DNA of 64,000 nt from Gracilinanus agilis (Eukaryota). This document shows positions 63,691 through 64,000 of the stretch, piece by piece. Each line of letters opens with the position of its first letter. The first letter of the stretch is position 1. The stretch covers positions 276,142,426-276,206,425 of the forward strand of contig NC_058135.1 of the NCBI RefSeq assembly GCF_016433145.1. Reading direction: 5' to 3'. The notes beneath the pieces were generated by a model that saw nothing but the letters and a program-made list of their open reading frames with translations, was not told where the DNA came from and did no database searches. A program made the translations under genes and the position numbers.

Positions 63691-64000
63691 TGTTATCACA
63701 GTGATGTGATATATTTGGTCCAAAAAATAATGCAACAGCCATAAGGGAACATCATGCAAAACATTTACAAACAATATGAATTTAGAGTTGGTAAAGGCAT
63801 TGTTAAATGGTCTCTAGAATGTTAGATCTGGGACATCCTCAAAGTTCAACAAGTAAGAACCAATATATTTTTTTCAAGTTTCAGAGTAGATAATGAAGAC
63901 ATAGAAGAAATTTAGACTATCTACAACCATATATCCAGTAGTTGAGTAAAATGTGTAAGCCAGATATTCTGCTGCATGTTCTAGTCCACCCCCTTCTTGC

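Noticed and set aside
1-64000. CRISPR arrays, operons, rRNA/tRNA genes, endogenous non-retroviral virus ORFs
   Set aside because: None seen. The tRNA-like boxes belong to SINE heads, and every ORF over 300 aa is an olfactory receptor.

Overview
AT-rich, repeat-dense eukaryotic DNA. The SINE, L1, RTE and hAT families point to a marsupial, most likely a didelphid opossum such as Monodelphis (inference). The window is part of a class II olfactory receptor (family 5) cluster. It holds four intact single-exon OR coding regions, all on the + strand: an OR5AS1-like gene (14382-15320), an OR5J-subfamily gene (36363-37304) and two OR5J2-like tandem paralogs (50812-51756, 62752-63690). The rest is L1, L2, L3/CR1, RTE-related, tRNA/CORE-SINE, LTR and hAT/Tigger remnants, microsatellites and one 130-N gap. 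I found no new gene family and no prokaryote-type system. The most interesting signal is regulatory: each of the four ORs has, 3.8-8.2 kb upstream, one copy of AGGGA-W-N-ATG-Y-CCC followed 29-34 bp later by TATAAA and then by a strong splice donor. This lets promoters and 5'UTR introns be predicted. Other notable items: a conserved out-of-frame uATG overlapping the start of both OR5J2-like genes, a templated copy of an OR coding fragment inserted inside a SINE, an old paralogous non-coding block (18.0-18.9 kb vs 54.25-55.2 kb), two SINEs inserted one after the other at the same target site, and a hAT MITE carrying a GC-rich core. Gene and repeat names come from recalled sequences, all alignments were done by eye, and the edges of old repeats are approximate.
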